From assembly GCA_043228905.1 (NCBI GenBank), contig JBHGNT010000004.1, forward strand, positions 11,966,001 through 12,030,000: 64,000 nt of DNA, read 5' to 3'. The notes below the pieces were generated by a model. That model made no database searches. It was not told where the DNA came from and was given only the letters and a program-made list of their open reading frames with translations. Every line of letters begins with the position of its first letter. The first letter of the stretch is position 1. Shown one piece after another: positions 12,041 through 25,200 of the stretch. Origin of the DNA: Azolla caroliniana (taxonomy: Eukaryota; Plantae; Polypodiophyta). The translations under genes and the position numbers were made by a program.

Positions 12041-14374
12041 GAAGGATGGGCCTTGGCAAATAAGACGACGCTAACTATTTGCAAATTTCTACTCGAAGAG
12101 GTTGTCTGTCGATACGGATGTGTGGGAAATATAGTGGCCGACCGAGGGGAGTTGGATGCACATGAAGCAACGAAGCTCTTCGAATGACTAGATGTGAAGC
12201 TCTCCCTCACGACTGCCTACAATCCAGAAGCGAATGGGAAGATCGAGTGAGGGCATGGACCAATCGTCAAAGACATCGTACGAGCATGCAACGGTCGAGT
12301 CGGGAACTGGCCACGACTATTGCCCTATGCCTTGTGGGCCAACAGAACTACACACAGTTCAGTGACAGGGTATATGCCAAAAAGCTTATGTATGGACAAA
12401 AGCCGGCAATGCCCATCAAAAGGACGATCACCTCATGGGTAGCAATACCATGGGAGAACGAGATGAGCCGAGAAGAATTAATAGCGGCACGGATAAGGCA
12501 GCTTGAAAGAAGGCCTGAAGATTTAGAAAAAGCACGAAAGATGATGGAGGCAGCCCGAGTGAGGAACAAGATTTGGTTCGACAAGACACATCGATTGCGT
12601 CCCAAGAAGATCGAAGAAGGAGATTTGGTATTGGTTTACGATAGCAGCCTTGACAATCAACACAGTTGACAAGAAAGTTCGCAAGAAGATGGTTCGGACC
12701 ATATGTGGTGACAAGTGTCAACGACAATGCCACATACCACCTTACGGAGCTAGACGGATCAAGGTTGGCCATACCCATTGCAAGAAAAAGAGTAAAGATT
12801 TTCAAGAAAAGACAAGACAAGGATCCTAACCTCGATCACCTCAACGATGGTTCGCAAGAAGATGGTTCGAACCATATGTGATGACAAGTGTCAACAACAA
12901 TGCCACATACCACCTTACGGAGCTAGACGGATCAAGGTTGGCCATACCCATTGCAAGAAAAGGAGTAAAGATTTTCAAGAAAAGACAAGACGAGGATCCT
13001 AACCTCGATCACCTCAACGATGAAGATAGTAGGACTGAACCAACAGACTTGAGTTATGTGAACGAGGACATGGAGGAATCTGATTGACCACCATAGCTGA
13101 AATGTCACACTCTCTCTTCTTGGCACGTACCGGAGGATGTGCGGTTTGGTGGGGGTGGATGTCGTGAAGATTTTTGGCAACGGTGTGAAAATTGCATGGA
13201 ATGTACAAAATCAAGTGTGGTTCTTCACACACAATATGAAACAATGATAGTGAAGATACTATTTTATATTTGTTTAATATCTTGGTACGAAAAGATAGAT
13301 GTCTTCAAGAGCTTCCGAATGTACTTTACTACATTTGAAACAGACAACTAAATGTCAAGTTATGTGAGTGTGAAGTATGCAAAGAAGAAGGGAAAAACAA
13401 AATTGTGAGATATCCCACATAGACAGGACAAATAAGGATCCCAGAGTATATAAGCAGACCAATATCTCTTCATAATATATTTATGTGTTTGGAGCATAGA
13501 AAGGTTGAGTTGTATGACTTGACAAATGGATGCAATCAAGTTCATTGTTTTTGGACAAATCTAGAAGGCGACGAAATCAGACAGGCAGACGGACAGTGAC
13601 GGAACCAGATGATGACCGGATGGCGACGAAACCAACGACGGAACAGGAACCGAATGGTGACCGGACGGCGACAAAATCGGCGATCGGACAGCTATGGAAC
13701 CGGATCGGGATGTGGATCGGATGGAACTGGATGGCATGCGGACCGAGCCGAATCGAACGAATGGGACTAGTACTAGACGGGTAGATTTATCGCGACGCAC
13801 GATGTCTTGAAGTTTTCCAGTGTGAAACGAACAAAATCATCTAGTTCTTTGGAGGTCAAGTGAAGGTGTAATATGCACTTAAACATTTGTAAAAACAAGA
13901 CTAAAAAGCCTAGTAAAAAGAAAATTTGTATACAAAGGGGTGCAAGTAAGAATTTGAACCTTGCACATCCAAGTTGAAAGTCAATAGGCTTACCACTAAG
14001 CCAAGTCATATCTTCAAAAGTTTTACTTTGATCATTTTACATGTAATTCTCATACATGAGAGCTTAAATGATGACATGGCAAACATGCATTGCATGCATT
14101 TCATGCATTACGTGCATGTCTTGCACCCTCACATGCACCATATGCATGGGGGCATCTATAAAAGAGTGGAGGAATCAAGCAAGAAAAAACTAATGAAAAA
14201 TCTAAAGTTAAGCGTTTAATCTTTATCTCAATCTCTCTCTTTCTCCATATCAATCTCTCTCAATCTATGTTAAATACTTTCTCACTAAAGCTAGTACAAA
14301 CTTCAAATCCTTCCGGTTCAGAACCCCGGCGGTTCCACCTCACGATCCGCACATAGTGACGGATTTTCACGGCA
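12041..14374 (+). mobile_element. Ty3/gypsy element B' (same LTR family as B): integrase C-half, PPT, 3' LTR 13160-14374
   Basis: Integrase remnant (EGWALANKT...CRYGCVG, RRWFGPYVV). G-rich PPT just before 13160. LTR TGTCGTGAAGAT...TTCACGGCA is homologous to 2508-8859. Confidence 0.85.
12677..13022 (+). repeat. 173-bp tandem duplication in the integrase C-terminus of B'
   Basis: Units 12677-12849 and 12850-13022 differ by about 5 transitions. Confidence 0.9.
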
Positions 14375-16983
14375 ACGCTGAAGGATCTGAAGGATCCGGA
14401 ACCGGGAAAACCAGAAACGGGCCAACTTGTGTGATGAAGCACAAGGCCAACTCGATGAAGAAGACCACTTCCGAACCAGAGGAAGTGTGGTACGTTGATT
14501 CCGAAGCATCTAACTATATGACGAGCCATGAAGAGTGGTTCTCATTTTTAGAGAAACCGGAACAACTGGGGATTGTCGAAACCGGAGACAATAGCCCTCA
14601 CCCAATTGTGCATGTCGGAGAAGTCCCTTTAAGCCATGTATGACAAAAGGGAAAGCCGATGAACGTACTACACGTTCCGACAATCACAAAGAACCTGGTG
14701 TCGGTCGAACAAATCGTCGACCAGGGAATGCAAGTGCGGTTTACGCACCTCGGGTGCTTCATCGAGGAAGAAGACCGGATAATCGCGCAAGGGCACAAAG
14801 AAGGGAGGATGTTCATCCTCAACACAAATGACGCCGGCACTGCCATGTTTGCCAAAGGACAGAAGATTGAATCGGACATCGATCTTTGGCATAAGTGGAT
14901 CGGCCACATCAACTACCAGAGGCTTCAAGATCTACAATAGAAACAAGTTGTGTTCGGATTGCCGAAGTTTAGTGGCTGGAAGGCCCAAATATGTGAAGCC
15001 TGCCAACTCGGGAAGCAACACCGCCTTCCATTCCCCACCGAACGGAACTGGAGTCATAACAAGCTCGATTAATCCATTCGGATGTATGGGGACCAGCACA
15101 GAACATTAGTCTTGGCGGGAGTCGGTATTTCATCTCCTTCATCGATGACTGCAGCCGGCACACATGGATCTACCTCATCGAGAAGAAAAGTGAAGTCTTC
15201 TACTATTTCCGGAATCTTCAAAGCTTAGTCGAGAGGGAAACGGAGAGGAAGATCAAGCACCTACGGTCGGATGGCGGAAAAGAATACTTTTCCGGCCAAT
15301 TCAACTATTATCTACAACAGAACGGAATTCGGAGAGAACTCAGTTGCCGATATAGACCGGAACAAAATGGTGTGGTCGAGAGAAAGAACCGGTCGATTGT
15401 CGACGCGGCAAGGGCAATGCTAGAGGAGAAGAGCATGCCCAAATTCTACTAGGTTGAGGCGATCTGGACGGCCGTCTACATCCAAAACCAGATCGAAGAC
15501 AAGGACGAGATGTATTTCGAGCACAAGCCGAATTTGAGGCACCTTCGGATATTCGGTAGCATAGCATATGTGCATGTACCGTATGAGAAGCGGAAGAAGC
15601 TAGATCCGAGAAGTGCATTTTAGTTGGTTACTCGCATGAGCAGAAGGGGTATAAGTGTTATAACCCCCGGACTAAGCAGGTCCAAGTAAGCCAAGATGTC
15701 GAGTTTGATGAGTCGCCATCATGGTATTCTCTACCGACTCCAACCTCCAACTCCGACCCGATTCCAGAAGATGAGGCTAGTGAGCCGGACGAGGTCCAGG
15801 TAGAAGATGAAGACTTCGGTACTCTAGATGAGAGTCTGATCTCATTCCGGCTAAGTGGGCTGAATGAGCGGTTGAGTCGGGATGACGAGTCGGATGAAGA
15901 ACTAGCTAGTAGTGGAGACTCTACCATGCTCTCCCCGCGCAAGGAACTTAGGAGACGGTTCACGTGCAAAGAGAAGGGGAAGAAGAAGATGTCGGAATAT
16001 GATACCGGCAGTGAAGGGTTGGATCGGAGTGAATCCGACCCCGGAAAGGGAGAAGGCAGATCTTCACAAATGAAGCCCGAACCGGTCAAGAAGGGCATCA
16101 AACCGGGTAATGACAAGTTACGCCGGTCATCCCGCCAGAAGAACTCTATCAAGAGGTACGTGTATAATGAGTACATGGCGGGTCACTATGCATACATGAC
16201 TAAGGTGGCGGAAGTGCGTGAGCCGGAGAGCTACGCAGAAGCAGCAAAAGACACAAATTGGCATGTTGCTATGGAGGAAGAAATGCGGGCACTTGATGCC
16301 AACAACTCATGGGACCTGGTTGACCCTCCCCAACAGTGTAAACCGATCGGATGTAAGTGGGTATATAAGGTGAAGTACAATGCCAACGGTTCGGTCAACC
16401 GGTACAAGGCCCGGTTAGTGGCAAAGGAATACGCATAGACCCACGAAATCGACTATGACAAGACCTTCGCTCCAGTAGCAAAGATGACGACGGTTTGTGT
16501 GGTTCTGGTTGTTGCTGCAGCAAGGGGATGGCATCTTCACCAAATGGACGTGAAGAATGTGTTTCTTCAAGATGACCTTGAAGAACGGGTCTATATGATC
16601 CAACCCCCCGGATTCCAATCGGAGATGAACAAGTTGGTAGTATGCCGACTCAAGAAGTCGCTTTATGGTCTGAAGCAAGCCCCCTGAGCTTGGAATGTGA
16701 AGATCACGCACCGGTTGCGTAAGATGGGGTTTGCGGTCTCAAAGTCTGACTCGTCATTGTTCATCCGGAACAGTCCGGGCGGTCTGGTTTGTATCTTGTT
16801 ACATGTTTATGATTTAGTCATCACCGGACCCGGCTTGGATGAAATCGGCAAAGTGAAGTCCTAATTGTTGGACGCATTTGAAATGAAGGACCTGGGGGAC
16901 CTTCATTATTTTCTTGGGATGGAGTTGATCTGAACCCCCGATGGCATATTGCTCTCACAAAGACATTATGTGTTGAATATGTT

Positions 16984-17675
16984 CATGGTTGTTTACGTAC
17001 CTATATTTAACGTTTAAATACGGATAGTACCTCATCATTTGTATAATACATACTATACCTCAATGTTGTTCAGTCAAATATCATGTACATTTGTCCAATA
17101 CGGTATTTAACGTATTTATAAAAAAAACGGGTATAATACGTATTTATAAAGAAAATGTAAGTAAAAACCCAACAAAAATAATAAATAAATTTAGTAAAAA
17201 AGGAGGCCAAAGGAAGGAAGAAAGAATAATAGAAGAGATGACGATGAAGAAGAAGAAGAAGAGAGAAAAGAAGAAATAAACCTATCCTGACTCTTGAGTG
17301 TGATAATCGCAGAAGATAGAAGAAGAAGAAGAAGAAGAAGAAGAAAACGAAGGAAAGAGAAACATATCATGAGTGTGATAATTGTAGACAATTCCTCAAT
17401 CTATGAAGGCATAATTGTAAATAATTACAATTTGAAGTAGAACATCGTGATACACACTTACACTGAATGTCGACATCCATATTACTACAAGTATTTTAGG
17501 CTGTGAAATGTTCAAATGTCTTATATGCATTTTAGGATGTAGAACTATATTGTACATCACAAAATTGTGTAAACATAGATGTTTTTTAAAATATTATAGA
17601 TAGTTTTTAGAAAGGTAAATAATTTTCAAATTCTAGAAGTATTTAACATACTATACGTATTTTATAAGTATTTAT
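16984..17675. mobile_element. Left part of an AT-rich, probably hAT-like non-autonomous DNA element
   Basis: Abrupt AT-rich insert in the copia D RT starting CATGGTTG, with repeated ATACG/CGTAT subterminal motifs. The right end is absent, apparently deleted. Confidence 0.45.
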
Positions 17676-20600
17676 TGTAAAAAGTAACGTGCGGAAGCAA
17701 GTATGAAGACCGAACAGAAGGAAGAAAACTCAGGTTTAATGGAGAGCTTGAGCTTACGCAGTATACGCGGGAGAGACAGAGAGAGTGAGAGAGAGAGAGG
17801 AAAAACAAGAACTATATTCAAAAAGGTACTCAATCTCTATTCACCACACTCTATACATATGTGTGTTCAATGAACACTTTTATACAAGTCCTAAAAGGAC
17901 TGACCGAAGTACTGACAGTACTTCAATGCTCATTAAGAGCTCCTACACTAACTCCCAAATATATTACTCACGGAATATCTTTCCTAACGGCCTCCCGGTT
18001 TACGCACCGATCCGGCCCTACCTACGCACCGATCTGCGTACCGGTTTACGCATTCAGCCTAACCGATCGGTCCCAACCGATCCGGTCCTCGGCTTCTTCA
18101 GCCGATCCGGCCGATGTTGAGCTTGTCTCTCAACACTCCCCCTCAAGCTCAACTTGAGGCTCTTCGGGATCTTCGGGCTCCCAGCTCCGGTTCCTCCTGG
18201 CTTCACGCCTCGCTCGCGTTCCACGACCTGTTTGAATCCGTGCGCTTCGACCCTTCCGGTCGGCTTGTCTGCTCATGTGGCCCTTATCAGCTCTTCTGTT
18301 GTTGCGGTGTTGACGCTTCTTCTGTTGCCTTTTCTTCTGCTTGCGCCTCGGTTGATTCAGCATATCTGAATCAAACATCCGAACCGACTCGGCTACCTCC
18401 GATCGGTTTTCGCTCTCGTTCGAGTTGGCTATCTCCAACTTGTCTTCGGTCTTCTCGCCCTCGATGGCGTCATCTTCCCCATGCATGGTTGGCTTCAGCT
18501 CTCTCCTTCGGCTGCTCCCCTTCTGTCCACTTCCGAACTTTTCCGCGGGTCCGCCCTCGGCTTCTTCAGCCGATCCGAAGTCGAACTCGACAACCGAGTC
18601 AACCGACTCGATGGTGTCGCGGTCTCCGCTCCTTTCCTGCTGCCTTGCTTGGTCGTTCGGGACTATTCTCCCCCTCAAGTTCGGCACGTCGAGGTGACGC
18701 AATCCGAGCGCACCTGAGAATTGCCGCAACTTGTCCAGACCAAGAGGCTTGGTGAAGATGTCGGCAGTCTGCCGATCCGTCGGTAGGTCGCGCCATGAAC
18801 TGATTGATCACCCCGACCGGATAACTGAGGTCGGGTCGGGTGATGGTCAAGTATATGAGGCTTCCGACAATTTGTCGGAACCTCGTCGGGTCACATACCT
18901 TTCCCGTATCAGTTGACTCGGTTGTCGAGTTCGACTTCGGATCTTTGTCCCTTCACGAACATTGCGGTGCCGCCGTCAGTGGAATCGAGGATGAACATCC
19001 TCCCGTCTCTGCGCCCTTGCGCAATCACACGGCCTTCTTCCTCAATGAAGCACCCGAGGTGTGTAAACCGAACCTCCATCCCTTGGTCGACGATCTGTCC
19101 GACCGAGACCAAGTTCTTCGTTATTGTCGGAACGTGCAGCACGTTCATGAGTTTCCCTTTCTACCCGACATGGCTAAGGGGGACTTCTCCGACATTCGCG
19201 ATCGGATGCAGAGTGTCGTCTCCAGTTGCAACTACTCCAGGTTGTATCGGTTTTTCAAGGTACGAGAACCACTCCTTATGGCTCGTCATGTGGTTTGACG
19301 CGCCGGAGTCTACGTACCACACCTCGTCCGATCTCGGGGTGGTCCGTTTCATTGAGTTTGCTTCGTGTCTCGTCACGAAGGCAGACCCTTCTCCGGCTCT
19401 CCCGGAGACTTCGGCGTAGTGCGATCGCTGCCGATTTCCCTTGTCAGTATGTCCGGAACCGGTTCTCTCTGAATCGGCGCGCTTCTTCCAGAACTCACTT
19501 TCCCTGTGGCCTTTCTTGCCACAGTACCAGCACTCCGCGATGGCCTTCCCTTGCCGGTTCTCATCGCTTCGACTCCCCCTGTTTCCAAAGGGTCCGGAGT
19601 TGCTGTCGGCATCACTTCGGTGCCTTCTTCCTTGATCTCGTCGGCCGCCTCCATTGCGCGCCAACTTGCCTCGTCCTCCACGTCCATGGGTCCTGTCTCC
19701 CTTCGTGTACAACATTCTGTTGTCGGTGTGCGTGCTTGTAGACACACCCGCGTGGTTCTCCTCTACCAGGAGCATTGACTGTAAGTCGAAAAAGGACGGC
19801 GTATTCTCCCGGGTACACACAACCGTTCAGAACGCTCCGAACTTCGACGCCAAACCTCCGAGACAGATCTGGACCATCTCGCTCTCCTCGATGTTCACCT
19901 CTATGGAGGCGAGGGAGTCGCAGATATCCTTGATCTTCGAGGTATAGTCAGGCACCGACAAGTCGCGTTGTCGTAGGTTGCTCAACTCCTGTCGAAGCTT
20001 AAGCTTCCTGGCTGTGGTGCTCACGGCGAAAATCTTCTTCAGATTTTCCCACGCACCCTTCGGCGTCTTTGCATCCCGAACATAGCTCAATAGTTGTTTG
20101 CCCACACACGACGCGAAGCAGTATAATACCATGCTCGTTGATTGCTCCCACGACGGGAAGTCTTTGTGTGTCGATTCGGGTGCAGCGTCATTAGCTCCTT
20201 CGACATAACTCCAGTAGCCGTGCCCGAGCAGGTACTGGTGCATCTTGTAGGACCAAGACGCGTAGTTGGTTCTGTCGAGCTTCTCTGTTGGAAGCGAGCT
20301 CGCCATGCCTCTATCCATCGTTCTTCTTGTTCTTCTTTGTCAAGCTGTGTCGGCTGCAGAGAGGTTCTCAACCCTCGCGCTCTGATACCATGTAAAAAGT
20401 AACGTGCGGAAGCAAGTATGAAGACCGAACAAAAGGAAGAAAACTCAGGTTTAATGGAGAGCTTGAGCTTACGCAGTATACGCGGGAGAGACAGAGAGAG
20501 TGAGAGAGAGAGAGGAAAAATAAGAACTATATTCAAAAAGGTACTCAACCTCTATTCACCACACTCTATACATATGTGTGTTCAATGAACACTTTTATAC

Positions 20601-20760
20601 AAGTCCTAAAAGGACTGACCGAAGTACTGATAGTACTTCAATGCTCATTAAGAGCTCCTACACTAACTCCCAAATATATTCCTCACGGAATATCTTTCCT
20701 AACGGCCTCCCGGTTTACGCACTGATCCGGCCCTACCTACGCACCGGTCTACGTACCGGT
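17676..20760 (-). mobile_element. Non-autonomous, internally deleted copia element E (same family as D and G)
   Basis: LTR at 17676-18135 and truncated LTR at 20391-20760. tRNA-iMet PBS at 20379-20390. gag-protease at 19161-20318. Only slivers of RT and RNase H remain (18720-18910). PPT at 18136-18148. Confidence 0.9.
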
Positions 20761-22283
20761 GTTATACAAGTTCGGCATGACGGAATGTCGACCGATCTCC
20801 ACACCCTTGAACCGGAACCTGAACCTACGACCCGACTCCGGATTGGCTTGTGATGAGAAGCAGTTCCGACAAATTGCTAGAAGCCTCATATACTTGACAA
20901 TCACTCGACCCAACATCAATTAACCGGTCGAAGTGATCAGCCAGTTCATGCAGAAGCCGACCGTCGAGCACCTTCAATGTGCACACCGGATACTCCGGTA
21001 TGTTAGCGGCACAAAGGACCGGGGACTGTTATACCGACACGGTATAGCTGGGAAGCTAGTCGGGTATACCGATGCCGATTGGGCTGGTGATGCATCGGAT
21101 CGCCGATCCACCTCCGGTTACATGTTTTCTCTTGGTAGCATGGTTGTTGCATGGAGCAACAAAAAGCAGCCAACAGTGGCTCTGTCGAGCACTGAGGATG
21201 AGTACCGAGGCGCTACCATTGTCACTTGTGAAGCCATCTAGCTTCGGCAATTGCTGCGAGACCTCCGGATCAAGGTGCCGACCTTGATCCTGATTTATTG
21301 TGACAACGTAAACAACATACAGCTCGCCAAGAAACCTGTATTCCATGCTCAAACAAAGCACATAGAAGTGCATTATCACTTTATCCGTGAGCAGGTCCTG
21401 AGCAGTGAAGTTGAACTTCGGTATGTTCGCACGGATCGACAAGTTGCCGACATCTTCACCAAGCCGCTCGGATCGAACAAGTTGTAGCATTTTTTGGAGA
21501 TGCTCAGCATTCAACATCTCGATGTGCTGCACTTGAGGGGGAGAACAGGAATGGGAACGGATGGCATCAGACAAGGAGCCGGAGAGGAAGAAAGAACTGA
21601 CGGGAACTCAACGCTCCTTATACGCAATGCTCGGCCACAACCGAGCTTCGAATCATACACAGAAAACAGGAAACGGAAAAGCACGACACAAAGGAGAGAA
21701 AAGGTACACAGGAGGTTTACGTGGAAAACCCCAAACTAGGGGAAAAACCACGGCAGCCCACAGGCTGCAAACTATCACTATGATGGAATGTACAATAGTG
21801 AGTTTACTGAGGCACCGACCTCGTGCTCACAGATCTTCGCCACAGGCGGCGGTTACAACAGAGGCAACGACCTCTTTCTCTCTCTCTCTCTCTCTGTACA
21901 GTTACGCACACTCTCTATTCTTGCACCAACAAGAATGACAACAACCACAATAAGTTTGCCCTAAGTCATATTTATACTAATATGACTTTTCGGCTATTTA
22001 CAAATATAGCCTCGATGGACTCTCAGAAACATATTTGCGAATATGTCTCTTCATCCGGTTCTCACCGGGTCTACACCATCCGGCTCTCCATAGCCGGGTA
22101 CTCTTCATCCGGTTCTCACCAGGTCTGCACCATCCGGCTCTCCATAGCCGGGTACTCCTCATCCGGTTCTCACCGGGTCTGCACCATCCGGCTCTCCGTA
22201 GCCGGGTACTCCTTATCCGGTTCATCAACACTGTTCTTCTCCCTTCCCATCCGGAGGGACCTATCTCCCAACAAACTCCCCCT

Positions 22284-25200
22284 TCACTCCGGCATGGGGT
22301 GTCTTACCAGTCTGATCCTCTTCCGGCATGCGTCCAGTTTGTCGGGTGTCAGCACTTTGGTCAGCATATCTGACCCGTTCTGGGCCGTGTGGATCTTCGT
22401 CAGTGCGAACTCCTGGTCATCTACTCTTTCCTGGATCCAGTGATACCTTCGCTGGATATGCTTCGTCCGGGAATGGTAGGCCGCATTCTTAGCAAGGTGG
22501 ATGACACTTTGACTGTCGCAATAGAGTCGGTATTGCTATTGCCGGATACCGAGCTCTCCGATGAAGTTCTTCATCCATAATATTTCCATGCCGGCTTCCA
22601 TAGCTGCCATGTACTCCGCCTTCGTGGTTGACAATGCAACCGTCTTCTGCAGCCTCGACTGCCACGAAACAGCTCCCCCTGCATATCTCATTACATACCC
22701 GAATGTAGACCGGCTGGTATCCATATCAGCCGACATGTCCGAATCGGTGAAACCGTCAAGTTGAGGTTTTCCGGAGCCGAATCGGAGACACATATTTGAA
22801 GTGCCCTTCAAATACCGAAGTATCCATTTGACCGCGTTCCAGTGCTCCTTGCCGGGATTGCTCATAAACCGGCTCACCACTCCGACTACGTATCCTATAT
22901 CCGGTCGGGTACACACCATTGCGTACATCAAGCTCCCGACGACAGAGGCATATGGAATCTTCATCATATCCGCCTTCTCTGCTTTCGTCTTCGGGCTCTG
23001 CTTACCGGATAGCCTGCAGTTTGCCGGAAGTGACGATCCAACCGGTTTCGCTTCTGACATGTTGAACCGGTGAAGCACCTTTGTCACGTACTTCTCCTGT
23101 GAAAGCCATAATTGCTTCGCTGACCAGTCCCGAATGATGTGCAACCCCAGCATCTATCTTGCCGGACCCAAGTATTTCATTGAGAAGGTCTGGTTGAGAG
23201 CCTTCTTCAGCATTCGTATTTTGACTTGGTCCCGTCCGACGATCAACATGCCATCCACGTACAGAAGGAGTATCAGGAAGTCACCTCCTTCGAACTTCTT
23301 CACAAACACGCAGTGATCAACCTGCGTCTTGTGGTACCCTTGATCGGTCATGAAGGAATCGAACTTCCGGTACCATTGTCGGGGAGCCTGCTTTAGTCCG
23401 TACAGGCTCTTCTTCAGCCGGCATACCAGGTGCTCCTTCCCTTTCTCCACGAATCCTTCCGGTTGCTGCATGTAGATCTCTTCTTCGAGGTCACCGTGAA
23501 GGAATGTCGTCTTCACGTCTAGCTGCTCTACCTCGAGGTCCATGCTTGCCGCTATACTCAACACCGTCCGGATGGAGGTCATCTTTACTACCGGGGCAAA
23601 TATCTCGTCGAAGTCCACGCCCTTCTTCTGCTGGAACCCCTTCACCACGATCCTGGCTTTGTATCTCAGGGGGTTGCCGGCATCTCCCGGTTTCAACTTG
23701 TACACCCACTTGTTTCGGAGTGCCCGCTTTCCTTTCGGCAACTCCACCAATTCGTACGTATGGTTCTCATGCAGGGAATCCATCTCATCCTGCATGGCAC
23801 TTAACCATTTTCGGCTGTGGGTGTCTTCCTTCGCTTCTTCGAAGCTTTCCGGCTCCCCTTCATCGGTCAGCAGAACATGCTCTGCCTCCGGAAATCTCCG
23901 GGGGGCCCTTCTCTCTCTGAGAGGATATCTCCGTCTTCGGGCTTCGGTAACCGGCTCCTCCATTTGCTCTTCATCCGAATCCGATTCGGGGTCTTGGCCG
24001 GTTCCGGTCTCAGCTTCCTCTACTTCTTCTTCTGCCGGTTCGGTATCCTCACCGTAACCGACTGGTTCCTCGAGTGCTAACCGGTCTCTTTCCGGTTGGG
24101 TCTGTCTGCTCATCGTAGAGTCGATCCTTACCGGTCGACTCGGAGTTCATTATCTTCTTCTCCGACTCCCAGTCGGCGAGCGTCTTGTCCTCCATGAAGA
24201 TAATATCTCGACTCCGGAATACCTTCTTGTCGACCGGGTCCCACACTCGGTAGCCAAACTCATCGTCACCGTAACCGAGGAATATGCATGGCCGGGTCTT
24301 TGGATCTAACTTTCCTCTCCGATCCTTAGCTACATGCACGTACGCGAGACACCCGAACACCTTCAGATGCCAGTAGGATACTTCCTTACCGGTCCACACT
24401 CTCTGTGGCGTGTCTCCGTCTAAGGGTACTGAGGGCGATCTATTTATCACATATGTCGTCGTCGACAGTGCCTCAGCCCAAAACTTCTTGGGTAGTTTTG
24501 CATGCACTAGCATACTCCCGACCCTCTCCATTATGGTCTGGTTCATCCTCTCGGCCAGCCCGTTTAGTTCCGGCGTCTTCGGCACGGTAAATTCGAGCCG
24601 GATTCCCTTCGAGCGGCAATACTCCTCGAACTGCCCCCGGTATTCTCCTCCATTATCTGCTCGAACCACCTTCAGCTTCCGGCCGGTTTCTCTTTCCACT
24701 CTCGCGTGGAGCTCTTTGAAGACGGATGGCACCTGATCCTTCGTCTTCAGCGGTGTGGCCCACAGCTTCCGGCTGTGGTCATCTATGAACGTCACGAAGT
24801 ACTGCGCTCCGGCATGTGACTTCGTGTCTACTTGACACACATCCGTATGCACCAACTCCAGTGGTGCATTACATCTCATCGATGGCCTTGGTCGGAAGGA
24901 GGTCCGGTTTTGCTTACTGGCCAGACAGTCAGTGCACTTCTCCAAGTGCACGTTCTTCACTGGAATGAGGTTGTCGTCTGCAAGCCTCTTCATCCCCTTC
25001 TCGCTCATATGACACAGCCTCTTGTGCCACAGCTCACCCGCAGTGTCGGATGCAACGTTCACTTCTTCCGGACATAGTCGGGCATTCATCAGGTACAGTG
25101 TGTTGACCTTCCGGGCCCGAGCCACAATCAGGCTCCCTTTGTTGAACTTCATGACACCGTTTCGGATGCTACCCATGTAGCCTTCATCATCTAGCCGACC

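Noticed and set aside
3022-21597. Shared GAAC in the TSDs of copia C and F as a target preference
   Set aside because: Only two sites, in offset registers; compatible with chance.
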